Below, one piece after another: positions 31,635 through 41,746 of a stretch of 64,000 bases of DNA. This DNA is from Candidatus Aenigmatarchaeota archaeon (lineage in GTDB: Archaea; Aenigmatarchaeota; Aenigmatarchaeia; CG10238-14; SpSt-28). The position numbers were made by a program, and so were the translations under genes. The notes beneath the pieces are model-generated. The model did not search any database, was not told the origin of the DNA, and worked only from the letters and a program-made list of their open reading frames with translations. The stretch lies in NCBI GenBank assembly GCA_038733315.1, contig JAVYPJ010000002.1, positions 224,051-288,050 on the forward strand. Direction: 5' to 3'. How positions within the stretch are numbered: the first letter of the stretch is position 1; each line of letters opens with the position of its first letter.

Positions 31635-33068
31635 ATGAAAAAATTGGGTGAAAATATTATATATTTACTTTTGAACTCTATAAGTATTTCTATTATAGGT
31701 TTTATTTTTTGGTTTTTATTACTAAAGTTTATAGCGCCAGAAGATTATGGAACTGTATCTTATATTTATTCAACATCAATACTTTTGCTAGGTTTTTTTT
31801 CATTTGGAATTTTCTGGTCAATATGGAAATACTGTAGTGAAAATCAATTTTATAAAGTATCGTTCTTTTCTATTATTTTATCCCTACTTATGATTTCAAT
31901 GATTTTCTTAGTTTCACAGATACTTCTAAAAAATATCTATATCTTTATTTTTGCGTTTGCAATGTTTTTATCTTCATATTTCGAAAACATACTTTTTGGA
32001 TATCAAGAAATTAAAAAAATTTTTATTGCTAATTTTCTTTCTTCTATACTTAAAATAGTTTTTTTGTTAATCTTAGTGTCTTTATATAAATCTCTAAGCA
32101 TAGAAGTTGCAATTTTAATAGCAACTTCTCAATTATTTATAGCATCTATTCTTAAACTATATTTCTCTAAAAGAATTATACTAGAAAATTTTAAGCTAGA
32201 AATAGATTTTAAAAACATAAAAAGATTTTTTTATTTGGCTTTTTCAAACTTTATTTCATCTTTCTCATCATCTTTCTTTCCAAACATACTTGTAATATCT
32301 TCTTTTTGGATTTTTTCTTCTATAATAGCTGGAGTTATGTTTTTTTCGCAACTAATTTCAGCTACAATATCTTTTTTAGTTGCTCCAATAGTTAACGCTT
32401 CTTTACCAATAATTTCTAACTTAGCGTATAAAAAAAGAGATGAAGATGCAAAAAGAATTATACAAACACTTTTTAGAATTTCATTAGTAATTTCTATTAC
32501 ATTAATATTTCCTATTACTTTTCATCTAAAAACGATTTTAGAATTTTTAAATCTAAAACAAGAATTCATAAATTATTCTCCAACATTTTTCTTAGTTATA
32601 TCCATTTCATCCCTATTTTTCTTAATTTCGGGTATTCTATATTCTTTTTTATTTTCAATTAACAAAATAAAAGAAATTTATTTAATTGAAATCTTTTGTA
32701 TACTTCTTTTTATTACTTTACTCATTTTTATTTCGTTGAACAGCAATGTTTTGTTATTCTTGTTGAGTTATTTATTCATTTCCTTTTTAAGATTTTTCCT
32801 ATATTCTTTAAGCTTAAAATCTTTATTTAAGTCAGCACCAGAAAAATTCAACATAAAACTTTCTTTTTTAATATTATTTTCATTTTTTATTTCATACATT
32901 TTAACATCAAAAATATTTCTTATAGATATATCTTTATTAATCCTATCTTTTATTCTAATAATCTTTATTATAAAAAAAATTAAGATATTTGAAAAGAAAG
33001 AAAAGACTTTCATTCAAAAATTAAATTTGCCAGAATTTATGAAAAAAATAATCTTCAAACTGATATAA
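31635..33068 (+). CDS. Oligosaccharide/polysaccharide flippase (MOP superfamily)
   Basis: About 12-14 TM helices, PEDYG after helix 1, LPIIS; start taken at the first ATG. Confidence 0.75.
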   Translation: MKKLGENIIYLLLNSISISIIGFIFWFLLLKFIAPEDYGTVSYIYSTSILLLGFFSFGIFWSIWKYCSENQFYKVSFFSIILSLLMISMIFLVSQILLKNIYIFIFAFAMFLSSYFENILFGYQEIKKIFIANFLSSILKIVFLLILVSLYKSLSIEVAILIATSQLFIASILKLYFSKRIILENFKLEIDFKNIKRFFYLAFSNFISSFSSSFFPNILVISSFWIFSSIIAGVMFFSQLISATISFLVAPIVNASLPIISNLAYKKRDEDAKRIIQTLFRISLVISITLIFPITFHLKTILEFLNLKQEFINYSPTFFLVISISSLFFLISGILYSFLFSINKIKEIYLIEIFCILLFITLLIFISLNSNVLLFLLSYLFISFLRFFLYSLSLKSLFKSAPEKFNIKLSFLILFSFFISYILTSKIFLIDISLLILSFILIIFIIKKIKIFEKKEKTFIQKLNLPEFMKKIIFKLI

Positions 33069-33072
33069 TTTT

Positions 33073-34764
33073 ATGAGATTTATAGAAGTGTGTAACGTTT
33101 ATGAAAAATTAGAAAAAATTACATCAAAAATTGGGAAATCAGAAATTTTAGCAAACCTATTCAAAAAAGTTGAAGAGAATGAATTAAAAAAACTTGTTTT
33201 ATTATCTATTGGACAAATATACTTACCTTTTGAAAATAAGGAGTTAGGAATTGCAGCTAAGTTAATAATAAGAGCGATATCCAAAGCTAGCGGTTTCGAT
33301 ACTAAGAGCATTGAAAACTTATATATTAACTTTGGTGATTTAGGAAAGGTTGCAGAATATTGTATAAGAAACAGAAAACAAAAAAAATTTTTAAACAAGG
33401 AGCTAAGTATAATAGAAGTTTATGATAAACTGAGAGAAGTTGGGTTTTATGAAGGTGAAGGTTCTCAAGATAAAAAAATATCCACTATAGCTGGTTTATT
33501 AAACTTTTGTGAACCGATAGAAGCAAGATATTTAGTAAGAATTGTTTTAGATGAGTTGAGAATAGGAGTTGCTGAAGGAATTGTAAGAGATGCAATAGTA
33601 ATGGCCTTTTTTAAACCAAGCGAAAAAGAGAAAGCGCTATATTATGTAGAATTTGCATGGAATATCTTAGGAGATTTTGGAGAGGTTGCACTAATAGCAA
33701 AAAAAGAGGGAATAGAAGGATTAAAAAGAGTTAAGCCAGTCTTAGGCAGACCTATACAAGTTATGCTTGGTATTAAAGCAGAAAGTATAGAAGATGTGAT
33801 TAAAAGACATGGTAAAGTAATTGTAGAATTTAAGTACGATGGTCTAAGAATGCAAATACATAAAAAAAATGATAATGTTTGGATTTTTACAAGAAGATTA
33901 GAAGATGTTACTTCTCAATTTCCAGATGTAGTTAACATTATAAGAAAAAATGTTTTGGCTGAAGAATGTATTATAGAGGGCGAAGCATGGCCAATAGATA
34001 TGAATACAAAATTACCAATGCCGTTTCAAAAACTAAGCCAAAGAATACATAGAAAGTATGATATAGAAAAAATGATTATAGAAATTCCAGTTCAGCTAAA
34101 CCTTTTTGATATTGTTTACTTAGATGGTAAAACTTTCTTCGAAACTCCTTTAATAGAAAGAAGAGAAATTCTTAAAAAAATAGTAAAAGAAGAGGAGTTT
34201 AAAATTCAGTTAGCCGAAAGTATTTTTACAGATAAAGTAAACGAAATCGAAGAGTTTTATAATAAAGCTCTTCAACTAAAACAAGAAGGAATTATGATAA
34301 AAAATCCACAATCTTTCTATGTTTTTGGTAGGCATGTTGGTGGCTGGTATAAAATTAAACCCACTATGGAAACCTTAGATGTAGTAATAGTTGGTGCAGA
34401 ATATGGAGAGGGAGCTAGAAGTAAATGGTTATCTAGCTATTTATTTGCTGTAAGAGATGAGGATACTGGAGAATTATTAACATGCGGGATGGGCGGAACT
34501 GGATTAACTGAAGAACAATTTGAATTAATAACAGAAATATTAAAACCGCTAATAATAAAAAGAGAAGGTAATTTTGTTTGGGTTAAGCCTAAAATAGTTG
34601 TCGAAGTTAGCTATCAAGAAATCCAAAAAAGTCCGACCTATAGTAGCGGGTATGCCTTAAGATTTCCTAGGATAGAAAGAATAAGAGAAGATAAAGGTGT
34701 TAATGAAATAGATACTTTGAAAAGGTTAGAAGATTTATATAAATCACAGGGAAAAGTAGGATGA
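33073..34764 (+). CDS. lig: ATP-dependent DNA ligase
   Basis: EFKYDGLRMQIHK, EGE, FDI, EGIMIK, WYKIK, ALRFPR. Confidence 0.97.
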   Translation: MRFIEVCNVYEKLEKITSKIGKSEILANLFKKVEENELKKLVLLSIGQIYLPFENKELGIAAKLIIRAISKASGFDTKSIENLYINFGDLGKVAEYCIRNRKQKKFLNKELSIIEVYDKLREVGFYEGEGSQDKKISTIAGLLNFCEPIEARYLVRIVLDELRIGVAEGIVRDAIVMAFFKPSEKEKALYYVEFAWNILGDFGEVALIAKKEGIEGLKRVKPVLGRPIQVMLGIKAESIEDVIKRHGKVIVEFKYDGLRMQIHKKNDNVWIFTRRLEDVTSQFPDVVNIIRKNVLAEECIIEGEAWPIDMNTKLPMPFQKLSQRIHRKYDIEKMIIEIPVQLNLFDIVYLDGKTFFETPLIERREILKKIVKEEEFKIQLAESIFTDKVNEIEEFYNKALQLKQEGIMIKNPQSFYVFGRHVGGWYKIKPTMETLDVVIVGAEYGEGARSKWLSSYLFAVRDEDTGELLTCGMGGTGLTEEQFELITEILKPLIIKREGNFVWVKPKIVVEVSYQEIQKSPTYSSGYALRFPRIERIREDKGVNEIDTLKRLEDLYKSQGKVG

Positions 34765-34937
34765 TAGAAAAAATTATTGGATTGATACTAATATTTTTAG
34801 GAGTATTATTAATTGTAAAAAATTCTGAAAATGTATTTAGAGATACTTTAAAGTTTGATGTATTCGAAATTTTTAAGAAAATAGAGTTTATAGCTATGCT
34901 ATTAATACTAATTGGAATTATTTTGATTTTATGGTAA
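34761..34937 (+). CDS. Small two-TM membrane protein (58 aa), below the ORF-track cutoff
   Basis: MIEKIIGLILIFLGVLLIVKN...FIAMLLILIGIILILW*; ATGA overlap with the lig stop and overlap with the next start. Confidence 0.75.
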   Translation: MIEKIIGLILIFLGVLLIVKNSENVFRDTLKFDVFEIFKKIEFIAMLLILIGIILILW

Positions 34938-36703
34938 GTGTTTTACTTCCTTTTGATCTAAAATCAGAAATTGAAAAGTTTTTATCAGAAATAACAAATA
35001 TAAAAAAATTTAGGTTGCATGAAAAAGAAATTTTTATATTTAGCTTAGATACTTATCATTTAGATTTTACCCATTTTGCTGGGAAAGCTAGTGAATTAGT
35101 CTATTCTATAACTTTTGGATACAGTAAGAAATCTTTTGATGTTTTTAAAGTTGCCGAAGGAATATATGTAAGCGAGGCTTATCAGCCATTTTATACAACA
35201 ATAAGAAAACAAAAAGAGGAAATAGAAAACAATATTAAAGCTCAGCTAGCACACATAGCTACTGCAATAACTGATGCTCAATTAATTGCGCATGATTATA
35301 GAAAATATAAACATTTTGTAAAAATAATAGATGAGCTTGAAGAAATAGAAAGAAAAATTAAAGAATCTAAGGAAAAAAAAGAAGATCTTCTAAAGAGGAA
35401 AAAGGAGTTAGATCAAATGCTAAGAAATATATTTATAGATCAAGTAGATATTCATACTGGGGACTTTTCTATAATTAACATGGCAAGAACTAGATGGACA
35501 ACTTTTATTTCAGATTTTCTTTCCTTAGATGATGAAAAAACTCCAGAAGATGTTTTAAATAAATTAAAAAACATAACAAAAGCAGAAGCAATTCAACTAT
35601 CTAAGAAAAACCAATTATACATAATTTGGAGAGAAGAATTTAAAAAGATTGTTAAAGAAAGAGAAAGAGAATTAAAAAAACTTTTGTTAATGAGAAAAGC
35701 TTCGATAGATAATTATAAAGAAATGCTAAGGCCGCTAATAGCAAGATATTTAGCAATCAGAGAAGAACCAATTTTTTTTGTTTCCCCTTCATTATCATTC
35801 ATAAAATCTTATACTAGACCTTTTTTAATAGATTCTGTAAAATGGTGGATAATAAAGCCCCTAAATCCGTATTTACATGAACTTGAAAAAACGAGGCCAG
35901 GAAGAATAGATCTTAAAAGAGTTGGATTCATAACAGAAAGTATTATTGAAAAGTTGGAAAAAATGCTGGGAGAAAAAAGAGAGAGCTTAGAAAAGAAAAT
36001 AGGAGAAATAGTAATGCCTGTTGAACCGTCTATAGATAGAGTTGTTTTAGCTGGAATAGAAGTTATAAACAAAAATTTTGGTACTAATTTTACCATAAAA
36101 GATGCTTTATCCATTAGAGAAACTTTGTTTAAAAAAGAAAAAGAGCCAGATCCAAGAAAAGAAAGATGGAAATTAAGCCCATTTTATGCTCTTGTTGAAA
36201 TTTCTCTAGATAGAAGTATAATTAAAACTTATAGTGGAATAGAAGTGGAAGATTTTGACTTTGAAATAAAACCTTTTGCAATCTCTCAAAATTTAGCAAT
36301 CTTAATGTATCTTCAAATAAAGGCTTTAGAAAAATACTATGAAAACCAAATAAATTCTTTTTTTGGCGAGTCTTTAATTAAAGAGGTAGAAATAGAGAGT
36401 GAAGTAAGTGGTAAAAAAATTAAACAAAAAATGAATGTTTGGTTAGACATTAGAAGCATCGATTTTATATTAGATGAAGAAGAAGACTTTATTAAAAAAA
36501 TTGAGGAGGAAAAAAACGAATATTATAGAATTCTATCAGACTACTCTTTTCAATTTGAAAAAACTTTTTTGAAAAAACCTTTTTTTGCTCCTTATTTGCT
36601 TTATGAATCAAGTATTTACGATGAATATTTTTCAGATGGTTTAATAGATATAAGAAACGATATTAATCAAACCATAGCTTCTCCATTTGGCTTTCCAATA
36701 TAG
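34931..36703 (+). CDS. Hypothetical 590-aa helical/coiled-coil protein
   Basis: Long ORF with no catalytic motif recognised. Confidence 0.8.
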   Translation: MVSVLLPFDLKSEIEKFLSEITNIKKFRLHEKEIFIFSLDTYHLDFTHFAGKASELVYSITFGYSKKSFDVFKVAEGIYVSEAYQPFYTTIRKQKEEIENNIKAQLAHIATAITDAQLIAHDYRKYKHFVKIIDELEEIERKIKESKEKKEDLLKRKKELDQMLRNIFIDQVDIHTGDFSIINMARTRWTTFISDFLSLDDEKTPEDVLNKLKNITKAEAIQLSKKNQLYIIWREEFKKIVKERERELKKLLLMRKASIDNYKEMLRPLIARYLAIREEPIFFVSPSLSFIKSYTRPFLIDSVKWWIIKPLNPYLHELEKTRPGRIDLKRVGFITESIIEKLEKMLGEKRESLEKKIGEIVMPVEPSIDRVVLAGIEVINKNFGTNFTIKDALSIRETLFKKEKEPDPRKERWKLSPFYALVEISLDRSIIKTYSGIEVEDFDFEIKPFAISQNLAILMYLQIKALEKYYENQINSFFGESLIKEVEIESEVSGKKIKQKMNVWLDIRSIDFILDEEEDFIKKIEEEKNEYYRILSDYSFQFEKTFLKKPFFAPYLLYESSIYDEYFSDGLIDIRNDINQTIASPFGFPI

Positions 36704-36706
36704 TTT

Positions 36707-37438
36707 ATGGAAATAGAAAAAGGGATAGAAATTATAAATGGCTATCCTGCACTTTTGATTAAAGAATTAGATTTAATAGTTATTAGCGACCTTCAAATAG
36801 GTTTTGAAATACATTTAGCCCAAAAAGGTATTTTAGTGCCGCAAGTACAGTTTAAAGAGTTAATAGAAGATATTAAAAAAATTAAATTAATTTCGAATGC
36901 CAAAAGAATTTTAATCAATGGTGATTTAAAACATGAATTTAGAGAAATTACTAAACAAGAACTTAGAGAAACTGTAGAATTCTTAAGTTTTTGCAAAAAC
37001 AATTTTAAAGAAATTATAGTTGTTAGAGGGAATCACGATAACTTTATAATAAAAATCTTAAAAAATTTTGGAATCAATTTTTATGACCCATTTTATTCAG
37101 AAAACTGTTTTTGCTTTACCCATGGACATAAAAAAATAGAGGCTTTAGAATGCAATTATTTAATTATTGGTCACGAACAGCCAGCAATTGTTCTAAGAAG
37201 CGATTTTGAAAAGGTTAAACTAAAAGCATTTTTAGTTGGAGAATATGAAAATAAAAAATTAATAGTTTTACCATCATTTTCTCCCCTTTCTTTTGGTTCA
37301 GAAATAAACAATTATTCTTCCAAAGATTTTTTAAGCCCGTACTTAAGAGAAATTGATGCAGATGAACTATATGTTTATGCAATAGATAAAAGCATAGGAG
37401 TTTTAAAGTTAGGAAAAATGAAAAATTTAAGAACCTAA
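36707..37438 (+). CDS. Calcineurin-like metallophosphoesterase (MJ0037/MPE-like)
   Basis: SDLQIG, GDLKH, GNHD, HGH, GHEQP, LPSFS. Confidence 0.88.
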   Translation: MEIEKGIEIINGYPALLIKELDLIVISDLQIGFEIHLAQKGILVPQVQFKELIEDIKKIKLISNAKRILINGDLKHEFREITKQELRETVEFLSFCKNNFKEIIVVRGNHDNFIIKILKNFGINFYDPFYSENCFCFTHGHKKIEALECNYLIIGHEQPAIVLRSDFEKVKLKAFLVGEYENKKLIVLPSFSPLSFGSEINNYSSKDFLSPYLREIDADELYVYAIDKSIGVLKLGKMKNLRT

Positions 37439-37639
37439 AATTTTCTTTAGTAAATCCTTAAACTTTTCATCGCTTAATTGCTCCTTTATTTTTCCAGATA
37501 TGAAAAGTTGTATTAACAATGCTTCAACTTTTTCAGCAAATTCTGGCTTTGCTAATCTTATTCTTGCTAACCTTTCTCTAGCTTCATAACTTAAAATTTT
37601 TCTTATTATTTCTCTCTTTTCTTCTTCGCTCAGTTTCAT
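37427..37639 (-). CDS. PDCD5/TFAR19-like dsDNA-binding protein (short form)
   Basis: ILSYEARERLARIRLAKPEFA..VE..LIQL. Confidence 0.88.
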   Translation of the reverse strand: MKLSEEEKREIIRKILSYEARERLARIRLAKPEFAEKVEALLIQLFISGKIKEQLSDEKFKDLLKKILGS

Positions 37640-37662
37640 AAATATTTAAATTTAAGTAAATT

Positions 37663-38616
37663 ATGGAAAATATTTGGGATGTTATAATAATAGGAGCCGG
37701 AGCTGCTGGATTAACAGCATCTATATATACTTGCAGAAGATCTCTAAAAACACTAGTTATTTCATTAGATATTGGAGGATTAACAAATCTAGCTGAAAAT
37801 ATTGAAAATTATCCCGGATATTTCCCAGAAAATAGTGGAGCTAACCTAATGCAAAAAATTTATCAACAAGCATTAAAAAATGGTGCTGATTTTGAATTTG
37901 GAGAAGTAGAGAGAGTTGAAAAAGAAAATGATTTTTTTAAAGTAATATTAAAAAACGGAAATGAATTTTTCTCAAAATCTATTATAGTTGCTAGTGGTAG
38001 TAAGCCAAGAAAATTAAACGTTCCTGGAGAAGATAAATTAATAGGTAAAGGTGTTTCGTATTGTGTTACATGCGATGCACCGCTATTTAAAGATAAGGTT
38101 GTCGCTGTAGTTGGTGGAGGTAATTCAGCATTAGAAGGCGCATTAGTATTAAGCTCTTACGCTTCGAAAATTTATTTAATCCATAGAAGAGAAGAGTTTA
38201 GAGCAGAAGAGATAATTGTAGATAAGGTTAAGAAAAATCCGAAAATAGAATTGGTTTTAAATTGTGTTGTAACTGAAATAATTGGAGAAAAGAATGTTGA
38301 AAAAATAAGCGTTAAAAATTTAAAAACAAATGAAGAAAGAAAATTAGATGTTAATGGAGTTTTTATAGAAATTGGGCATGAGCCGAGTGTTGATTTTATT
38401 AAACATTTGGTTAAAACCAATGAAAGAAACGAAATTATTGTAGATTTAGATATGAAAACTAGTTGCGAAGGGATTTTTGCCGCTGGTGATATTACAAATA
38501 TAAAGTATAAACAAACTATAATCGCCGCTGGAACTGGTGCTATTGCAGCTTTAAGTGCATATGATCATTTAATGAGAAAAATTGGGAAAACTGGAATTAG
38601 AGCTGATTGGAGATAG
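37663..38616 (+). CDS. trxB: Thioredoxin-disulfide reductase
   Basis: GAGAAG, IENYPG, VSYCVTCD, GGGNSA, HRR, FAAGD. Confidence 0.94.
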   Translation: MENIWDVIIIGAGAAGLTASIYTCRRSLKTLVISLDIGGLTNLAENIENYPGYFPENSGANLMQKIYQQALKNGADFEFGEVERVEKENDFFKVILKNGNEFFSKSIIVASGSKPRKLNVPGEDKLIGKGVSYCVTCDAPLFKDKVVAVVGGGNSALEGALVLSSYASKIYLIHRREEFRAEEIIVDKVKKNPKIELVLNCVVTEIIGEKNVEKISVKNLKTNEERKLDVNGVFIEIGHEPSVDFIKHLVKTNERNEIIVDLDMKTSCEGIFAAGDITNIKYKQTIIAAGTGAIAALSAYDHLMRKIGKTGIRADWR

Positions 38617-38668
38617 TATTTAAATGATAAATTTTTATAGCTGTGTGTGAATCTTGTAGAAATCAGTT

Positions 38669-38742
38669 AGCCCCGGCCGGGATTTGAACCCGGGACCTCT
38701 GCTTTACCAGAGCAGCGCTCTACCAGTCTGAGCTACCGGGGC
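38669..38742 (-). tRNA. tRNA-Thr(GGT)
   Basis: GCCCCGG/CCGGGGC, CTGCT-CT-GGT-AA-AGCAG. Confidence 0.95.
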
Positions 38743-38774
38743 ATATAATTTTATTTGTCAATTATAATTAAATT

Positions 38775-39311
38775 ATGAATATTTTTAACCTATGTAAGTG
38801 TAAATCATCATTTTTAAAAATAATGTTTATCTTTTTAGCTATTTGTATATTAGGTTTTCTGATATATCTATCCTATCTTGCATTTGAATCCTCGCAACCA
38901 ACATCTATAGAACTAATTGAAAAGAATTTACAATTAACCAACGAAGAAGACATAAAGGATGGTATAGAAAAAACCTTCAACATTACTCCATACTTTGCAA
39001 AAGGATATCATTTTATTTATAAAGATGTGGATTTTGAAGTCCTTAAAATAATTTTTGTATCTGAAAACGATGCTCACCTATTTATTGATTTGCTTAAAAA
39101 ATATACTGAAAACTTCAATACTACACTTTTGATAGAAACTCTTGATACAAAAAATAATCTTATTATCTACAAAGTCTTGCCACCGGAAGAGTATGCAGAA
39201 AAATATATAGGAAAAATTCTACAAAAAAACGAAACAGTTTTTATGTTCTTTGGCTATACAAATAGAGAAGATTATCTTAAAGATGTCATAAGGTGGTTTA
39301 CAGAAAAATAA
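38775..39311 (+). CDS. Hypothetical membrane-anchored protein
   Basis: N-terminal hydrophobic helix, 178 aa. Confidence 0.7.
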   Translation: MNIFNLCKCKSSFLKIMFIFLAICILGFLIYLSYLAFESSQPTSIELIEKNLQLTNEEDIKDGIEKTFNITPYFAKGYHFIYKDVDFEVLKIIFVSENDAHLFIDLLKKYTENFNTTLLIETLDTKNNLIIYKVLPPEEYAEKYIGKILQKNETVFMFFGYTNREDYLKDVIRWFTEK

Positions 39312-39323
39312 TGTTCTTAAACA

Positions 39324-39890
39324 TTACTCTCTAATTTCTTTAAACAACCTCAAAAAATTTTTATATTTCCTTTCAACTTCTTTCCTTACTTCTGGTAACA
39401 TTTGTGAATTTAAATCCTCTTCTAATTTTGAAAATGCCCAACTCCATGCTTCTTCTAAGTTTTTCTGAAACTTATAGTGAGCTAAAAACAAAAGATATGG
39501 AATTGCGCTAAAAACCGACAAAACATCTGCGTTTCTCAATATTTCTGATTCTATGGAACTAGCTCTTAAATTTATTTTATCTCTATGCTCAATAATACAT
39601 TTTTTTACATGATTAATAATTTCTTCTGAATATCCAAAATTCTTCAAAATTTTCTCAGCTTCATCTGCACTAGTAATTTCATGATTTTCTCGACCATACT
39701 TAGATATTCCTATATCATGAAGCAACGAAGATAAAATAACAACCTCTTTATTACACTTATATTTTTTAGAAAGCCTTAAAGCATGCTTCAAAACTAATCT
39801 AATATGATATTTCCAAAGATATAAATATCCACTCTTTTCTAATTCTGACATTACAAAGTTTTTGATTGCTTCTATTTTATTTTTGTCCAT
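39324..39890 (-). CDS. HD-domain metal-dependent phosphohydrolase (start corrected to 39890)
   Basis: H..LV, LLHDIG, EH, NAD motifs; the longer start would lie inside tRNA-Phe. Confidence 0.85.
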   Translation of the reverse strand: MDKNKIEAIKNFVMSELEKSGYLYLWKYHIRLVLKHALRLSKKYKCNKEVVILSSLLHDIGISKYGRENHEITSADEAEKILKNFGYSEEIINHVKKCIIEHRDKINLRASSIESEILRNADVLSVFSAIPYLLFLAHYKFQKNLEEAWSWAFSKLEEDLNSQMLPEVRKEVERKYKNFLRLFKEIRE

Positions 39891-39907
39891 TTTATTTCTG
39901 CTAGCTA

Positions 39908-39980
39908 TGGGACGGGTGGGATTTGAACCCACGACCTTCCGGTCTTCAGCCGGACGCTCTCCCAGCTGAGCTACCGTCCC
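39908..39980 (-). tRNA. tRNA-Phe(GAA)
   Basis: GGGACGG/CCGTCCC, TCCGG-CT-GAA-GA-CCGGA. Confidence 0.95.
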
Positions 39981-40018
39981 GTCCCTATAAATTTATAATT
40001 TATCTATAAATTAAATTA

Positions 40019-40213
40019 ATGGGAAGGATAAGAACAAAAGACATAAAACATATAGCAGAAAAAATTTTAGAAGAACATAAGGATAAGTTTACTGATAATT
40101 TTGAAAAGAATAAACAAATAATATCTCAATTATATAATTTTCAGTCAAAGAAGCTAAAAAATAAAATAGTTGGATATTTAACTTCCTTAGTTTCAAAACA
40201 AAAAACTCAATAA
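40019..40213 (+). CDS. rps17e: 30S ribosomal protein S17e
   Basis: MGRIRT, F..NK, SKKLKNKIVGYLT. Confidence 0.95.
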   Translation: MGRIRTKDIKHIAEKILEEHKDKFTDNFEKNKQIISQLYNFQSKKLKNKIVGYLTSLVSKQKTQ

Positions 40214-40821
40214 ATAGCGAATCTTAATAAAACCGCTATTTTGATTTTTTCGCAAAAATCCTTATTATCTACAATAATTATTTCAGCATTCTTTTCCAGA
40301 GCTTTTTTTATTTTATTTAAATTCTCGTAAAATTTCTCTTTACATACAAAAAGTTTTTCTACCATCCCAAACTCCAAAAATTCTTCAACCTTTTTCTTTT
40401 CGCTAAAAAACCTATTTTGATTTTTATTTATAATTTCTTCAAAATTCTTAATTTTTTCCATTCTAATTTTATCAATCTTTTCCAATATTCTAAGAATTTC
40501 CTCATTAAAACTCTTTTTCTCTATGAATAGCTCGCTACCGATATCTATATCCTCTCCATGAAATCCTTTACTAACTCTTTCATTACAAAGCTCTTCTATT
40601 CTTCCTATTATCCTCAGCTTATCTATATTAATCTTTTCTACCCTTATTTTAGCATAAGTTTCTATTCTATCTATTTTTTTACCATCCTTCCTAGAAAAAA
40701 CATTTCTCACTATTTTCATTTCCACCAAATCACCCTTTTCTATTATTAGTGGGAAAATTAGTTTTTCTTTTTCGCTCTCTATTCTAGCATATAGCTTTTT
40801 ATCTGAAAGTATTTTTATCAT
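40207..40821 (-). CDS. Pelota-like protein lacking the middle domain
   Basis: N domain (IIEKGDLV..IRVEKI..LRIIGRI..GFH) joined directly to C domain (FGMVEKLFV..IAVLLRF); about 204 aa. Confidence 0.8.
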   Translation of the reverse strand: MIKILSDKKLYARIESEKEKLIFPLIIEKGDLVEMKIVRNVFSRKDGKKIDRIETYAKIRVEKINIDKLRIIGRIEELCNERVSKGFHGEDIDIGSELFIEKKSFNEEILRILEKIDKIRMEKIKNFEEIINKNQNRFFSEKKKVEEFLEFGMVEKLFVCKEKFYENLNKIKKALEKNAEIIIVDNKDFCEKIKIAVLLRFAIY

Positions 40822-40840
40822 TTCTATAAATAATTTATTT

Positions 40841-41737
40841 ATGTTACAACAATACAAAATAGATGAATTTGGAATAATACTAATAGGTTCTTTAATTTTT
40901 TTTCTTGGATTAACCGCAATTAACTATCTAATAAATCCGCCAGCAATAAATATAACTAAAAACATTACAAACCAAACAATTCTCGTCTCTAAAACTTTTA
41001 TTCTTGACGGAATAGAAAAAAAGATAACATTGCTTAGTGCAGAAGAAAAAATTTATAAAAGTTTGTTTGATGAAAAAAAATTCATAGCAAACTTAGAAAT
41101 TCCAAAAGAAGATTTATCAGAAATAAGTAGATTAGAAATAGAATTTAATAGCGAAAAAGATATTTCTAAGCTTTATTTAATAGAAGGAAAGAATTTAATA
41201 CCAGCTAAAAAATATTATTTACCAAATGAAATAAAACAAAAGATGTTGTTTGTAGCAAAAATAGAAGAGTTTGATATGTCTTTGCACTTATTAATATTAT
41301 CAATATTAATATCTGTAAGCTTAATAATTTTTTTGGCATATAGAGAATATCCTATGCTAAGACCAAAAATAAAAATTACTGGAAGTGCTATTATTCTAAC
41401 TATTTTAGTTATATTTATATCATACAGCTATATTAGGCAGATAGATACAATAAAACTTAATATTTACGGAATAAAAGAGAAAGCTAGCAAAACCTTTCAG
41501 TTCAATGCTATCCCAAAAATTTATAACGTAACTATAACTTTTGAAATTGGCAAAAGTCAAAGAACTGGCGAATTAAAAATTTATCTAAATAATGAATTGA
41601 TTTATAATAATATTCCGCAAACTTATTTTGTAAGAATACCACTTACAAATACACAGCTTAAACAAACAAATTTTATAACTCTCGAAGCTAGAAATGCTAT
41701 ATACGAAATAAACAATCTTTATATAAAACTTTCATAA
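40841..41737 (+). CDS. Hypothetical membrane protein (3 TM, beta-rich external domains)
   Basis: Hydrophobic helices and N-x-T sequons. Confidence 0.7.
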   Translation: MLQQYKIDEFGIILIGSLIFFLGLTAINYLINPPAINITKNITNQTILVSKTFILDGIEKKITLLSAEEKIYKSLFDEKKFIANLEIPKEDLSEISRLEIEFNSEKDISKLYLIEGKNLIPAKKYYLPNEIKQKMLFVAKIEEFDMSLHLLILSILISVSLIIFLAYREYPMLRPKIKITGSAIILTILVIFISYSYIRQIDTIKLNIYGIKEKASKTFQFNAIPKIYNVTITFEIGKSQRTGELKIYLNNELIYNNIPQTYFVRIPLTNTQLKQTNFITLEARNAIYEINNLYIKLS

Positions 41738-41746
41738 ATATAATTT

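Noticed and set aside
39891..39932. N-terminal extension MGSNPTRP of the HD protein
   Set aside because: It is the T-arm of tRNA-Phe read as codons
39974..39985. GGGAC duplication at the 5' end of tRNA-Phe
   Set aside because: Only 5 bp; no evidence for a split or permuted tRNA or an att site
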